From positions 1,550,001-1,614,000 of the forward strand of contig NW_026782015.1 of assembly GCF_031769215.1 (NCBI RefSeq): a stretch of 64,000 bases of DNA, in the 5' to 3' direction. This document shows positions 13,495 to 27,322 of this stretch, piece by piece. The notes beneath the pieces are model-generated. The model was not told the DNA's origin and searched no databases. It saw nothing but the letters and a program-made list of their open reading frames with translations. The DNA comes from Ylistrum balloti (lineage: Eukaryota). The position numbers and the translations under genes were made by a program. Numbering within the stretch: position 1 is the stretch's first letter; each line of letters starts with the position of its first letter.

Positions 13495-16430
13495 ATATCC
13501 TCACATACAGATTGACTCCAGTAGATCATGTCTCCAATAGATATTTGACTCCTCCACACACAGATTGGAGGTGATCAGTCCCCCAGTGTGATGGTCCAGT
13601 AGATATATGACTCCTCCACACACAGACTGGAGGTGATCAGTCCCCCAGTGTGATGGTCCAGTAGATATATGACTCCTCCACACACAGACTGGAGGTGATC
13701 AGTCCCCCAGTGTGATGGTCCAGTAGACGTATGACTCTGGTGTGATGGTCCAGTAGATGTTGGTCTCCTCCACACACACACAGATATATGACTCCTTGGA
13801 GGTGATCAGTCCCCCAATGTGATGGTCCAGTAGATGTATGTCTCCTCCACGCACAGATTGTTGGTGATCAGTCCCCTTGTGTGATGGTCCAGTAGACATA
13901 TGACTTCCCCACACACAGATTGGAGGTGATCAGTCCCCCAGTGTGATGGTCCAGTAGATGTATGTCTCCTCCACGCACAGATTGTTGGTGATCAGTCCCC
14001 TTGTGTGATGGTCCAGTAGACATATGACTCCTCCACACACAGATTGGAGGTGATCAGTCCCCCAGTGTGATGGTCCAGTAGATATATGACTCCTCCACAC
14101 ACAGATTGGAGGTGATCAGTCCCCCAGTGTGATGGTCCAGTAGATATATGACTCCTCCACACACAGATTGGAGGTGATCAGTCCCCCAGTGTGATGGTCC
14201 AGTAGATATTGACTCCTCCACACACAGATTGGAGGTGATCAGTCCCCCAGTGTGATGGTCCAGTAGATGTTGGTCTCCTCCACACACAGATTGGAGGTGA
14301 TCAGTCCCCCAGTGTGATGGTCCAGTAGATATATGACTCCTCCACACACAGACTGGAGGTGATCAGTCCCCCAGTGTGATGGTCCAGTAGATCATGTCTC
14401 CTCCACACACAGATTGGAGGTGATCAGTCCCCCAGTGTGATGGTCCAGTAGATATATGACTCCTCCACACACAGATTGGAGGTGGTCCCCCAGTGTGATG
14501 GTCCAGTAGATATATGACTCCTCCACACACAGTGTGAGGTGGTCCAGTGTGATGGTCCACTCCTCCACACACAGATTGGAGGTAGTCCCCCATGATGGTC
14601 CAGTAGATGTATGACTCCTCCACACACAGGTGATCAGTCCCCTTGTGTGATGGTCCAGTAGACATATGACTCCTCCACACACAGATTGGAGGTGCATGAG
14701 TCCCAGTAGATGACTCCTCCACACACAGATTGGAGGTGATCAGTCCCCCAGTGTGATGGTCCAGTAGACATATGACTCCTCCACACACAGATTGGAGGTG
14801 ATCAGTCCCCCAGTGTGATGGTCCAGTAGACATATGACTCCTCCACACACAGACTGGAGGTGATCAGTCCCCCAGTGTGATGGTCCAGTAGATATATGAC
14901 TCCTCCACACACAGACTGGAGGTGATCAGTCCCCCAGTGTGATGGTCCAGTAGATGTATGTCTCCTCCACACACAGACTGGAGGTGATCAGTCCCCCAGT
15001 GTTATGGTCCAGTAGATGTTGGTCTCCTCCACACACAGATTGGAGGTGATCAGTCCCCCAGTGTGATGGTCCAGTAGATCATGTCTCCTCCACACACAGA
15101 CTGGAGGTGATCAGTCCCCCAGTGTGATGGTCCAGTAGACATATGACTCCTCCACACACAGATTGGAGGTGATCAGTCCCCCAGTGTGATGGTCCAGTAG
15201 ACATATGACTCCTCCACACACAGATTGGAGGTGATCAGTCCCCCAGTGTGATGGTCAGGTAGATCATGTCTCCTCCACACACAGAATGGAGGTGATCAGT
15301 CCCTTTGTGTGATGGTCCAGTAGACATATGACTTCTCCACACACAGATTGGAGGTGATCAGTCCCGCAGTGTGATGGTCCAGTAGACATATGACTCCTCC
15401 ACACACAGACTGGAGGTGATCAGTCCCCCAGTGTGATGGTCCAGTAGATCATGTCTCCTCCACACACAGATTGGAGGTGATCAGTCCCCCAGTGTGATGG
15501 TCCAGTAAATGTTGGTTTCCTCCACACACAGACTGGAGGTGATCAGTCCCCCAGTGTGATGGTCCAGTAAATGTTGGTTTCCTCCACACACAGACTGGAG
15601 GTGATCAGTCCCCCAGTGTGATGGTCCAGTAAATGTTGGTCTCCTCCACACACAGATTGGAGGTGATCAGTCCCCCAGTGTGATTGTCCAGTCCACACAC
15701 AGTGTCCCCCAGTGTGATATGACTCCTCCACACACACAGAGTCCCCCAGTGTGGAGGTGACATATGACTCCTCCACACACAGATTGGAGGTGATCAGTCC
15801 CCCAGTGTGATGGTCCAGTAAATGTTGGTCTCCTCCACACACAGATTGGAGGTGATCAGTCCCCCAGTGTGATGGTCCAGTAGATATATGACTCCTCCAC
15901 ACACAGATTGGAGGTGATCAGTCCCCCAGTGTGATGGTCTAGTAGACGTATGACTCTGGTGTGATGGTCCAGTAGATGTATGTCTCCTCCACACACAGAT
16001 TGGAGGTGATCAGTCCCCCAGTGTGATGGTCCAGTAGATATATGACTCCTCCACACACAGATTGGAGGTGATCAGTCCCCCAGTGTGATGGTCCAGTAAA
16101 TGTTGGTCTCCTCCACACACAGATTGGAGGTGATCAGTCCCCCAGTGTGATGGTCCAGTAAATGTTGGTCTCCTCCACACACAGATTGGAGGTGATCAGT
16201 CCCCCAGTGTGATGGTCCAGTAGATATATGACTCCCTCCACACACACAGTCTCCTCCACACACCAGTGTGATGGTCCAGTAAATGTTGGTTTCCTCCACA
16301 CACAGATTGGAGGTGATCAGTCCCCCAGTGTGATGGTCCAGTAAATGTTGGTTTCCTCCACACACAGATTGGAGGTGATCAGTCCCCCAGTGTGATGGTC
16401 CAGTAAATGTTGGTTTCCTCCACACACAGA
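13495..16430. repeat. 62-bp minisatellite, about 47 copies, with scrambled patches
   Basis: Unit CTCCTCCACACACAGATTGGAGGTGATCAGTCCCCCAGTGTGATGGTCCAGTAGATATATGA. Confidence 0.95.
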
Positions 16431-16713
16431 ATATTGGTGGTCAGTCATCGTTTGATGTTTAATTGCTTCTACAAGAGTGTCTATGTATTATCACTTTCCT
16501 ACTTCTATGTTAAAACTCAATAGTTTGTAGTGTTTTCTTTGATGAGTTGTCAGATATGATAAGTTCTAGGGTTTAAGTCATGTCTGCCTCTTTGTGTTAT
16601 TATGATTATGCCTTTAAACTCTTTAAGTTTTAAAACATATCTTTATGTCTTGATTGCCTTGTTTTCCTTTTGACTTCAACAGTTGGTCATCCTCTATTCT
16701 GTTCAGATTATTT

Positions 16714-17370
16714 CAGTGTCGGTATGTTTACAGGTATGGAACACGTAGACAGACACTTTACATCAGTGTCGGTATGTTTACAGGTATGGAACACGTAGAC
16801 AGACACTTTACATCAATGTCTGTATGTTTACAGGTATGGAACACGTAGACAGACACTTTACATCAATGTCTGTATGTTTACAGGTATGGAACACGTAGAC
16901 AGACACTTTACATCAATGTCTGTATGTTTACAGGTATGGAACACGTAGACAGACACTTTACATCAATGTCTGTATGTTTACAGGTATGGAACACGTAGAC
17001 AGACACTTTACATCAATGTCTGTATGTTTACAGGTATGGAACACGTAGACAGACACTTTACATCAATGTCTGTATGTTTACAGGTATGGAACACGTAGAC
17101 AGACACTTTACATCAATGTCTGTATGTTTACAGGTTTGGAGCAGGTAGACAGACACTTTACATCAATGTCTATATGTTTACAGGTTTGGAGCAGGTAGAC
17201 AGACACTTTACATCAATGTCTGTATGTTTACAGGTTTGGAGCAGGTAGACAGACACTTTACATCAATGTCTATGTTTACAGGTTTGGAGCAGATAGACAG
17301 ACACTTTACATCAATGTCTGTATGTTTACAGGTTTGGAGCAGGTAGACGACCACTATACATCAATGTGAT
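16714..17370 (+). repeat. 50-bp array containing the HS2ST1 3' splice site, 13 copies
   Basis: Unit TGTCTGTATGTTTACAG|GT(A/T)TGGA..GTAGACAGACACTTTACATCAA; the last copy is the real exon start. Confidence 0.95.
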
Positions 17371-17470
17371 TCGTAATCCTCTCCACAGACTTGTGTCCTA
17401 TTATTACTTCGTACGACATGGCGATGATTTTCGGCCTTATTTAAAGAGAAGAAAAGCAGGAAATAATGAA
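17332..17470 (+). CDS. HS2ST1: HS2ST1 exon with 3'-PB motif
   Basis: TGTTTACAG| and GAA|GTAAGT; 139 nt, phase 2-0; (R)FGAGRRPLYINVIRNPLHRLVSYYYFVRHGDDFRPYLKRRKAGNNE. Confidence 0.93.
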
Positions 17471-17519
17471 GTAAGTTGTTTTTTATTACATTTATGTAGG
17501 AATACAGCTGTTTAAGAAT

Positions 17520-17905
17520 AAATACCAATCACAGCTATTGTTCCTTTAATATTCAACACAATAGACCAATCACAGCTATTGTACCTTTCATATTCAACAC
17601 AATAGACCAATCACAGCTATTGTACCTTTCATATTCAACACAATAGACCAATCACAGCTATTGTACCTTTCATATTCAACACAATAGACCAATCACAGCT
17701 ATTGTTCCTTTCATATTCAACACAATAGACCAATCACAGCTATTGTACCTTTCATATTCAACACAATGGACCAATCACAGGCATTGTTCCTTTCACATTC
17801 AACACAATAGACCAATCACAGGCATTGTTACTTTCACAATCAACACAATAGACCAATCACAGATATGGTACCTTTAATATTCAACACAATAGACCAATCA
17901 CAGTT
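17520..17905. repeat. 41-bp minisatellite, about 9 copies
   Basis: Unit CAATAGACCAATCACAGCTATTGTACCTTTCATATTCAACA. Confidence 0.93.
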
Positions 17906-18309
17906 TTTGTACCTAATATCATTGTGTGTGGGCTGTGACCTGGTGACAGTATAGTGGGCTATTGTAATTTTATGAGCCTACTGAAACAGCTTCCCATATT
18001 TCCACATTAGAACTATAGAGTTAAAGAAATGAGAGTGCTGAGTGAGGCTGTCACTGGAATCACTGACAGTTAACTGGCCAAATTGAGATAGACATGTCTG
18101 TTCCTAAAGTGAGACTGATACTAATTGTGATTTAGTTTATGTTAGGGCCCTTAACCCCAGCTGTAATAATTACACTCAGTTTAAGTTGCCATGTGAGGAT
18201 TATTGATTGAGACAGAGAGAAAGATATATTTTGTAAGGTGAGTGTAAGGCTCCATTCTGTAATTGATTGGGATCAGTATTGGCTCACAAAGAAATTTAAC
18301 AAATTTTAA

Positions 18310-20205
18310 ACAAATGATATCCCCAGTCACCACTTTACTGTCCAACAACTGATATCCCCAGTCACCAATTTACTGTCCAACAAATGATATCCCCAGTCAC
18401 CACTTTACTGTCCAACAAATGATGTCCCCAGTCACCACTTTACTGTCCAACAAATGATATCCCCAGTCACCACTTTACTGTCCAACAAATGATATCCCCA
18501 GTCACCACTTTACTGTCCAACAAATGATATCCCCAGTCACCACTTTACTGTCCAACAAATGATATCCCCAGTCACCAGTTTACTGTCCAACAAATGATAT
18601 CCCCAGTCACCACTTTACTGTCCAACAAATGATATCCCCAGTCACCACTTTACTGTCCAACAAATGATATCTCATACCACCACTTTACTGTCCAACAAAT
18701 GATATCCCCAGTCAACACTTTACTGTCCAACAAATGATGTCCCCAGTCACCACTTTACTGTCCAACAAATGATATCTCCAGTCACCACTTTACTGTCCAA
18801 CAAATGATATCTCATACCACCACTTTACTGTCCAACAAATGATATCCCCAGTCACCACTTAACTGTCCAACAAATGATATCCCCAGTCACCACTTTACTG
18901 TCCAACAAATGATATCCCCAGTCACCAGTTTACTGTCCAACAAATGATATCTCCAGTCACCACTTTACTGTCCAACAAATGATATCTCATACCACCACTT
19001 TACTGTCCAACAAATGATGTCCCCAGTCACCACTTTACTGTCCAACAAATGATATCCCCAGTCATCACTTTACTGTCCAACAAATGATATCCCCAGTCAC
19101 CAGTTTACTGTCCAACAAATGATGTCCCCAGTCACCACTTTACTGTCCAACAAATGATATCCCCAGTCACCAGTTTACTGTCCAACAAATGATGTCCCCA
19201 GTCACCACTTTACTGTCCAACAAATGATATCCCCAGTCACCACTTTACTGTCCAACAAATGATATCCCCAGTCACCAGTTTACTGTCCAACAAATGATGT
19301 CCCCAGTCACCACTTTACTGTCCAACAAATGATATCCCCAGTCACCAGTTTACTGTCCAACAAATGATATCCCCAGTCACCAGTTTACTGTCCAACAAAT
19401 GATATCCCCAGTCACCACTTTACTGTCCAACAAATGATATCCCCAGTCACCAGTTTACTGTCCAACAAATGATATCCCCAGTCACCAGTTTACTGTCCAA
19501 CAAATGATATCCCCAGTCACCACTTTACTGTCCAACAAATGATATCCCCAGTCACCACTTTACTGTCCAACAAATGATATCCCCAGTCACCAGTTTACTG
19601 TCCAACAAATGATATCCCCAGTCACCACTTTACTGTCCAACAAATGATATCTCATACCACCACTTTACTGTCCAACAAATGATATCCCCAGTCACCACTT
19701 TACTGTCCAACAAATGATATCTCATACCACTACTTTACTGTCCAACAAATGATATCCCATACCACCACTTTACTGTCCAACAAATGATATCCCCAGTCAC
19801 CACTTTACTGTCCAACAAATGATATCCCCAGTCACCACTTTACTGTCCAACAAATGATATCCCCAGTCACCACTTTACTGTCCAACAAATGATATCTCAT
19901 ACCACCACTTTACTGTCCAACAAATGATATCCCCAGTCACCACTTTACTGTCCAACAGATGATATCTCATACCACCACTTTACTGTCCAACAAATGATAT
20001 CCCCAGTCACCACTTTACTGTCCAACAAATGATATCCCCAGTCACCACTTTACTGTCCAACAAATGATATCCCCAGTCACCACTTTACTGTCCAACAAAT
20101 GATATCCCCAGTCACCACTTTACTGTCCAACAAATGATATCTCCAGTCACCACTTTACTGTCCAACAAATGATATCTCCAGTCACCAATTTACTGTCCAA
20201 CAGCC
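18310..20205. repeat. 35-bp minisatellite, about 54 copies
   Basis: Unit CAAATGATATCCCCAGTCACCACTTTACTGTCCAA. Confidence 0.95.
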
Positions 20206-20249
20206 AACAAGTACATCTCAACACACATGACTAACAAACTAATCAAACA

Positions 20250-20640
20250 GACAGAACTTGTCCACACTTGACTGAATTCCTAACTAACCAATCATGACAG
20301 AATATCTCTCCACACTTGACTGAATTCCTAACTAACCAGTCATTACAGAATATCTCTCCACACTTGACTGAATTCCTAACTAACCAATCATGACAGAACA
20401 TTTCTCCACACTTGACTGAATTCCTAACTAACCAGTCATTACAGAATATCTCTCCACACTTGACTGAATTCCTAACTAACCAATCATGACAGAACATTTC
20501 TCCACACTTGACTGAATTCCTAACTAACCAGTCATTACAGAATATCTGTCCACACTTGACTGAATTCCTAACCCATCATGACAGCACATCTGTGAAGACT
20601 TGTCTGAACTCCTAACAAACCAGTTTTACCAGAACACCTG
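20250..20640. repeat. 48-bp minisatellite, about 7 copies, alternating A/B variants
   Basis: Unit TCCACACTTGACTGAATTCCTAACTAACCA(ATCATG/GTCATT)ACAGAA... Confidence 0.9.
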
Positions 20641-20949
20641 TCTACACCTGATGTCCTTAGCTCATAGGACATTAGTGAGACAGAAATGTCTATATATCCA
20701 TTCTGCTATATGTAGACTGTATCAAACTGTTCAATAGACCAATGGGAACACAGCTGTGCAATAACACAACTTACCAGACTAATAAAGATATTGTTTATTC
20801 TTGTCAAAATAGTTATCCTTGTTTATATTGTGTCTAGACAACATATTTATGACAGTGGTTTGTTTCAGATTAATAGATTTCTGAGAAATGCTTGAACTGC
20901 TGCTTCATAATCACTCTTTAAAAAGGCTATATAATCGTAACGATAAGAT

Positions 20950-22160
20950 GTACTAGATATATTACAAACAGGGAACAAAATTATTACAGAAAGGTTGTAC
21001 TAAATATATCACAAACAGAGTGTACTAAATATATTACAAACAGGGAACAAAATTATTACAGAAAGGTTGTACTAAATATATCACAAACAGAGTGTACTAA
21101 ATATATTACAAACAGGGTACAAAATTATTACAGAAAGGTTGTACTAAATATAACAAAATATATTACAGTACAAAATTATTACAGAAAGGTTGTACTAAAT
21201 ATATCACAAACAGAGTGTACTAGATATATTACAAACAGGGAACAAAATTATTACAGAAAGGTTGTACTAAATATATCACAAACAGAGTGTACTAAATATA
21301 TTACAAACAGGGAACAAAATTATTACAGAAAGGTTGTACTAAATATATCACAAACAGAGTGTACTAAATATATTACAAACAGGGAACAAAATTATTACAG
21401 AAAGGTTGTACTAAATATATCACAAACAGAGTGTACTAAATATATTACAAACAGGGAACAAAATTATTACAGAAAGGTTGTACTAAATATATCACAAACA
21501 GAGTGTACTAAATATATTACAAACAGGGAACAAAATTATTACAGGAAGGTTGTACTAAATATATCACAAACAGAGTGTACTAAATATATTACAAACAGGG
21601 AACAAAATTATTACAGAAAGTTTGTACTAAATATATCACAAACAGAGTGTACTAAATATATTACAAACAGGGAACAAAATTATTACAGAAAGGTTGTACT
21701 AAATATATCACAAACAGAGTGTACTAAATATATTACAAACAGGGTACAAAATTATTACAGAAAGGTTGTACTAAATATATCACAAACAGAGTGTACTAAA
21801 TATATTACAAACAGGGTACAAAATTATTACAGAAAGTTTGTACTAAATATATCACAAACAGAGTGTACTAAATATATTACAAACAGGGTACAAAATTATT
21901 ACAGAAAGGTTGTACTAAATATATCACAAACAGAGTGTACTAAATATATTACAAACAGGGTACAAAATTATTACAGAAAGGTTGTACTAAATATATCACA
22001 AACAGAGTGTACTAAATATATTACAAACAGGGTACAAAATTATTACAGAATATACTAAATATATCACAAACAGAGTGTACTAAATATATCACAAACAGGG
22101 TACAAAATTATTACAGAATATACTAAATATATCATAAATTGAGTGTACTAATTATATTAC
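20950..22160. repeat. 72-bp minisatellite, about 16 copies
   Basis: Unit GTGTACTAAATATATTACAAACAGGGAACAAAATTATTACAGAAAGGTTGTACTAAATATATCACAAACAGA. Confidence 0.93.
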
Positions 22161-22914
22161 TGATAGGGTATATATGCTTGGTAAATAAAAAATTGGGTAT
22201 ACTTGATATATGACAAATACGATATCTAAATTCATTACATATAAAGTGTTATTTATATATTACAAATAGGGTATATTGAATTTATTACAAATAGTGTGCA
22301 CTTAATGTATACTAAGTAGTGTATGGACTGGATTATTTAGCTATATCAACTTTTTAGCTATGGAATATATATAGGAAAGCAGTGTAGTGCTGTTGTAAGG
22401 TCTCCATTTAAATGTCTTATTACCTGGGTTATGACCCTTTATCTGTTCCATATAAAGAGTGCAATTATCCAGAGTTACAGCCCTTTATCAGTGTTATGTA
22501 ATTCTAGGAAATCAGAACTTCAGAAACAGCACTTTAAAATTTTACAGTTTGTGCTGCAGTAATGTGTGCCGATTTTATTACAGTATTGAGCCATGATATT
22601 TCATTGTAACTATGAGTACATTGATGGTGTGATACCAACCAAGACTTTTATCAATAACATATTTCCTGACGTTCATACTGAGTGGCTGTGTTATCGAGGA
22701 TGACACTCTAATAGACCTGGGGTCCAACATTTCTCAGGCTAATTGTATCAGGATAAGGTTTGGGTTTTAAGGCCTGAAAATCAATGACATTTTGTTAAGG
22801 CAAGTAGGCATGTTTGTATTGAGATTGATATGGTGGAAGAAATACTGAAACTCTACCTACTGCTAACATACATGTATCTGAACAGAACTTCAGATTTTCA
22901 TGTTTTCCTTTGTC

Positions 22915-23530
22915 TTCCATTGTTGTATTGAATTGTTGTGTTGTCTATTGTTATGTTGAGTTGTTGTGTTCATTGTTGTATTTTGTGTTGTCCATTGTTG
23001 TGTTGTTCATTGGTTTTTTTTATTATGGTGTTGTCCACTGATGTGTTGTTGCATTGGTCATTGTTTTCTTGACTTGTTGTTTAGTTCCTTGTGTTGTCCA
23101 TTGTTTAGTTTATTGTGTTGTCTATTGTTTAGTTCATTGTGTTGTCCATTGTTTAAATCATTGTGTTGTCCATTGTTTAGTTCCTTGTGTTGTCCATTGT
23201 TTAGTTCATTGTGTTGTCCATTGTTTAGTTCCTTGTGTTGTCTATTGTTTAGTTCATTGTGTTGTCCATTGTTTAAATTGTTGTGTTGTCCATTGTTTAG
23301 TTCATTGTGTTGTCCATTGTTTAGTTCATTGTGTTGTCCATTGTTTAGTTCATTGTGTTGTCTATTGTTTAGTTCATTATGTTGTCCATTGTTGTGTTGT
23401 CAATTGTTTTATTGAATTTTTGTGTTGTCCATTGTTGTGTTGTTCATTGTTGTGTTGTCCATTGTTGTGTTGTCCATTGTTGTGTTGTCAATTGTTGTGT
23501 TGTATTGTTGTGTTGCCCATTGTAGTATTT
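22915..23530. repeat. TG-rich 15/24-bp low-complexity repeat
   Basis: TTGTGTTGTCCATTG with or without TTTAGTTCA. Confidence 0.88.
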
Positions 23531-24189
23531 ATCGTTATAATGCCCATCGTTTTGTTTGAGTACCACATTCAGGACCTGCAACTTTTTTTAAAACAAACTT
23601 ATCACCTTTTGTTAATTGTTTTTTTCTGGAACATAACTTTGCTTTCATTTAAGCCAGGATATTGAAAACTTGGCTTAGATTGGTCATATTAGGATGACAT
23701 GAAGGACACGCAACCCCTTAATTATTGCCCTTTGTTAAAATTTGGTGTCCAGTAAAGTTGTTTTCAGGGAGCATTCATTAATTTCTCTGATACTCTGGTG
23801 TGGACTGGTTGTGTTGTCCATTGTTGTATTTGGTTGCCATGGCATCCATTGTTATACAAAATGTTGTGTTTTCCATTGTTGTGTTAAGTGGTGCAGTAAA
23901 AGGCCCCTTGTATGTATAAAAAGACAGAGCAGGAGAAATCTGGGAACTTGCCAGACAGGGATGGAATATTTTAGAGAAATAAAGTGAGATAAATATCTGT
24001 GATTATCATTAATTGTTGATTCACCCAGTTTGTAGACAAGACCATCATCCTGGCTCATCAATTATTCTGTCCTGCACGACGTTGTATGTTCACATTAGTT
24101 GTGTCTGCTCTCCAGTATTTCTGTCTGTAGTTCAAGTACTTATTGACGGGCAGGTGATCTCATGTAATGAAGAGGCATCCTTTGTACGT

Positions 24190-25200
24190 CCATCTGTCTG
24201 TAGTCTTGTACTTACTGATGAATAAGTGACCTGATGTCCTGATAGGGTGTCCTATATCCCCATGTCCATCTGTCTGTAGTCTTGTACTTACTGATGAATA
24301 AGAGACCTGATGTCCTGATAGGGTGTCCTATATCCCTATGTCCATCTGTCTGTAGTCTTATACTTACTGATGAATAAGAGACCTGATGTCCTGATAGGGT
24401 GTCCTATATCCCCATGTCCATCTGTCTGTAGTCTTGTACTTACTGATGAATAAGAGACCTGATGTCCTGATAGGGTGTCCTATATCCCTATGTCCATCTG
24501 TCTGTAGTCTTATACTTACTGATGAATAAGAGACCTGATGTCCTGATAGGGTGTCCTATATCCCTATGTCCATCTGTCTGTAGTCTTATACTTACTGATG
24601 AATAAGTGACCTGATGTCCTGTTAGGGTGTCCTATATCCCTATGTCCATCTGTCTGTAGTCTTATACTTACTGATGAATAAGTGACCTGATGTCCTGATA
24701 GGGTGTCCTATATCCCTATGTCCATCTGTCTGTAGTCTTGTACTTACTGATGAATAAGAGACCTGATGTCCTGTTAGGGTGTCCTATATCCCTATGTCCA
24801 TCTGTCTGTAGTCTTATACTTACTGATGAATAAGTGACCTGATGTCCTGATAGGGTGTCCTATATCCCTATGTCCATCTGTCTGTAGTCTTATACTTACT
24901 GATGAATAAGTGACCTGATGTCCTGATAGGGTGTCCTATATCCCTATGTCCATCTGTCTGTTGTCTTATACTTACTGATGAATAAGTGACCTGATGTCCT
25001 GATAGGGTGTCCTATATCCCTATGTCCATCTGTCTGTAGTCTAATACTGATTGAAGGTTAAGTGATGCTATGTCATGATTAGGTGTCCTGTGTCCATGTG
25101 TCCATCTGTCTGTAGTCTTACAATGATTGAATGGTAAGTGATGTTCTGTCATGATGAAATGTCTTGTGTCCATATGTCCATCTGTCTGTAGTTTAGTACT
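24190..25200. repeat. 76-bp minisatellite, about 11 copies plus degenerate edges
   Basis: Unit ATGTCCATCTGTCTGTAGTCTT(G/A)TACTTACTGATGAATAAG(A/T)GACCTGATGTCCTGATAGGGTGTCCTATATCCC(T/C). Confidence 0.93.
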
Positions 25201-25782
25201 GACTGACAAGATGTTGTGTCATGATGTCTAGCATCCTAACCTCCATCTGTCTGACAACAATTATTTCCTTTCAACATCTTTTTTAAAAGCCAAATTAATT
25301 CATATTACAGGGAAAGTAACTTGTTCAAATCAGTGGTATCAAAAGTTTTAAAACTTCTGAATGACCCCAAATAACCATGGAGCCCATGGGTCATTCTGTT
25401 TAGCTAGGGGTATGCTGGGATGAGAGTCAAGCAGTTATTAAGATGAACTAAGAACATGACCAATAGACTACAGGTGTCAAACATTTTAAAGATCTGTAAT
25501 AAAGTGGTAGTCAATGGGAATTTTCATAAACACTTTCACTTTCTTCATTTCACAACTTAAAGAAAAGGTGAGTGATACAGGCCTGTTGGGAGGCTGTCCT
25601 ATCAAAACTTTATTTTCATATTGTTTTAGGACTCTCAGTCTCTTGGTAAAGTCCAAATAGGAATATGAAGACTTGAAGTTGTGCAGAAATGTTGTTGCTG
25701 TTGTTAGGATGATGTACTTGCCGGTATCTACACTGTCAAAATTCTGTGGGATCAGATTCCTTATCTAGTTACTTACATTGTT

Positions 25783-27195
25783 ACAATTCAGTGATGTCAA
25801 GGTCCACATCCAGCTACTCACACCATCACAATTAAGTGATGTCAAGGTCCATGTCTAGCTATTCACAACATCACAATTCTGTGATGTCAGGGTCCACATC
25901 CGGCTATTCACACCATCACAATTTAGTGATGTCAGGGTCCACATCTAGCTATTCACTCCATCACAATTCTGTGATGTCAGGGTCCACATCTAGCTATTCA
26001 CACCATCACAATTTAGTGATGTCAGGGTCCATGTCTAGCTTTTTGCACCATCACAATTCTGTGATGTCAGGGTCCACATCTAGCTATTCACACCATCACA
26101 ATTCTGTGATGTCAGGGTCCACATCTAGCTATTCACACCATCACAATTCTGTGATGTCAGGGTCCACATCTAGCCATTCACACCATCACAATTCTGTGAT
26201 GTCAGGGTCCATGTCTAGCTATTCACACCATCACAATTTAGTGATGTCAGGGTCCATGTCTAGCTATTTGCACCATCACAATTCTGTGATGTCAGGGTCC
26301 ATGTCTAGCTATTTACACCATCACAATTCTGTGATGTCAGGGTCCACATCTAGCCATTCACACCATCACAATTCTGTGATGTCAGGGTCCACATCCAGCT
26401 ATTTACACCATCACAATTCTGTGATGTCAGGGTCCACATCCAGCTATTTACACCATCACAATTCTGTGATGTCAGGGTCCACATCCAGCTATTCACACCA
26501 TCACAATTCTGTGATGTCAGGGTCCACATCTAGATATTCACACCATCACAATTCTGTGATGTCAGGGTCCATGTCTAGCTATTTGCACCATCACAATTCT
26601 GTGATGTCAGGGTCCACATCCAGCTATTCACACCATCACAATTCTGTGATGTCAAGGTCCACATCCAGCTATTTACACCATCACAATTCTGTGATGTCAG
26701 GGTCCACATCCAGCTATTCACACCATCACAATTCTGTGATGTCAGGGTCCACATCCAGCTATTTACACCATCACAATTCTGTGATGTCAGGGTCCACATC
26801 CAGCTATTCACACCATCACAATTCTGTGTTGTCAAGGTCCACATCCAGCTATTCACACCATCACAATTTAGTGATGTCAAGGTCCATGTCTAGCTATTTG
26901 CACCATCACAATTCTGTGATGTCAGGGTCCGTGTCTAGCTATTTGCACCATCACAATTCTGTGATGTCAGGGTCCGTGTCTAGCTATTTGCACCATCACA
27001 ATTCTGTGATGTCAGGGTCCACATCTAGCTATTCACACCATCACAATTCTGTGATGTCAGGGTCCACATCTAGCTATTCACACCATCATAATTCTGTGAT
27101 GTCGGGGTCCACGTCTAGCTTTCACACCATCACAATTCTGTGATGTCGGGGTCCACATCTAGCTATTCACACCATCACAATTCTGTGGTGACAGG
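25783..27195. repeat. 45-bp minisatellite, about 31 copies, ending about 30 nt before an HS2ST1 acceptor
   Basis: Unit CACCATCACAATTCTGTGATGTCAGGGTCCACATCTAGCTATTCA; source of the 435-aa His/Ser ORF. Confidence 0.95.
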
Positions 27196-27224
27196 GTTAA
27201 TATGTTGTTCTGTTTATGTTACAG

Positions 27225-27322
27225 ACATTTGACGAGTGTGTAGAGAAAGGAGGCAGCGACTGTGACGCTGAACACCTCTGGCTGCAGATCCCATTCTTCT
27301 GTGGACAAGACGCTGAATGTTG
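27225..27322 (+). CDS. HS2ST1: HS2ST1 exon
   Basis: ATGTTACAG| and TG|GTAGGT; 98 nt, phase 0-2; TFDECVEKGGSDCDAEHLWLQIPFFCGQDAEC(W). Confidence 0.94.

Noticed and set aside
13501-16425. Repeated MWRSHISTGPSHWG ORFs; superficially CRISPR-like regularity
   Set aside because: This is a head-to-tail 62-bp array with no unique spacers and no cas genes, in a eukaryotic intron.
22966-23665. Cys-rich ORFs resembling keratin-associated or metallothionein-like proteins
   Set aside because: TG-rich low-complexity repeat inside an intron, open in two frames.
25836-27143. 435-aa His/Ser-rich ORF
   Set aside because: It is a translation of the 45-bp (15-codon) array inside an HS2ST1 intron; a stop-free unit whose length is a multiple of 3 gives a long ORF automatically.
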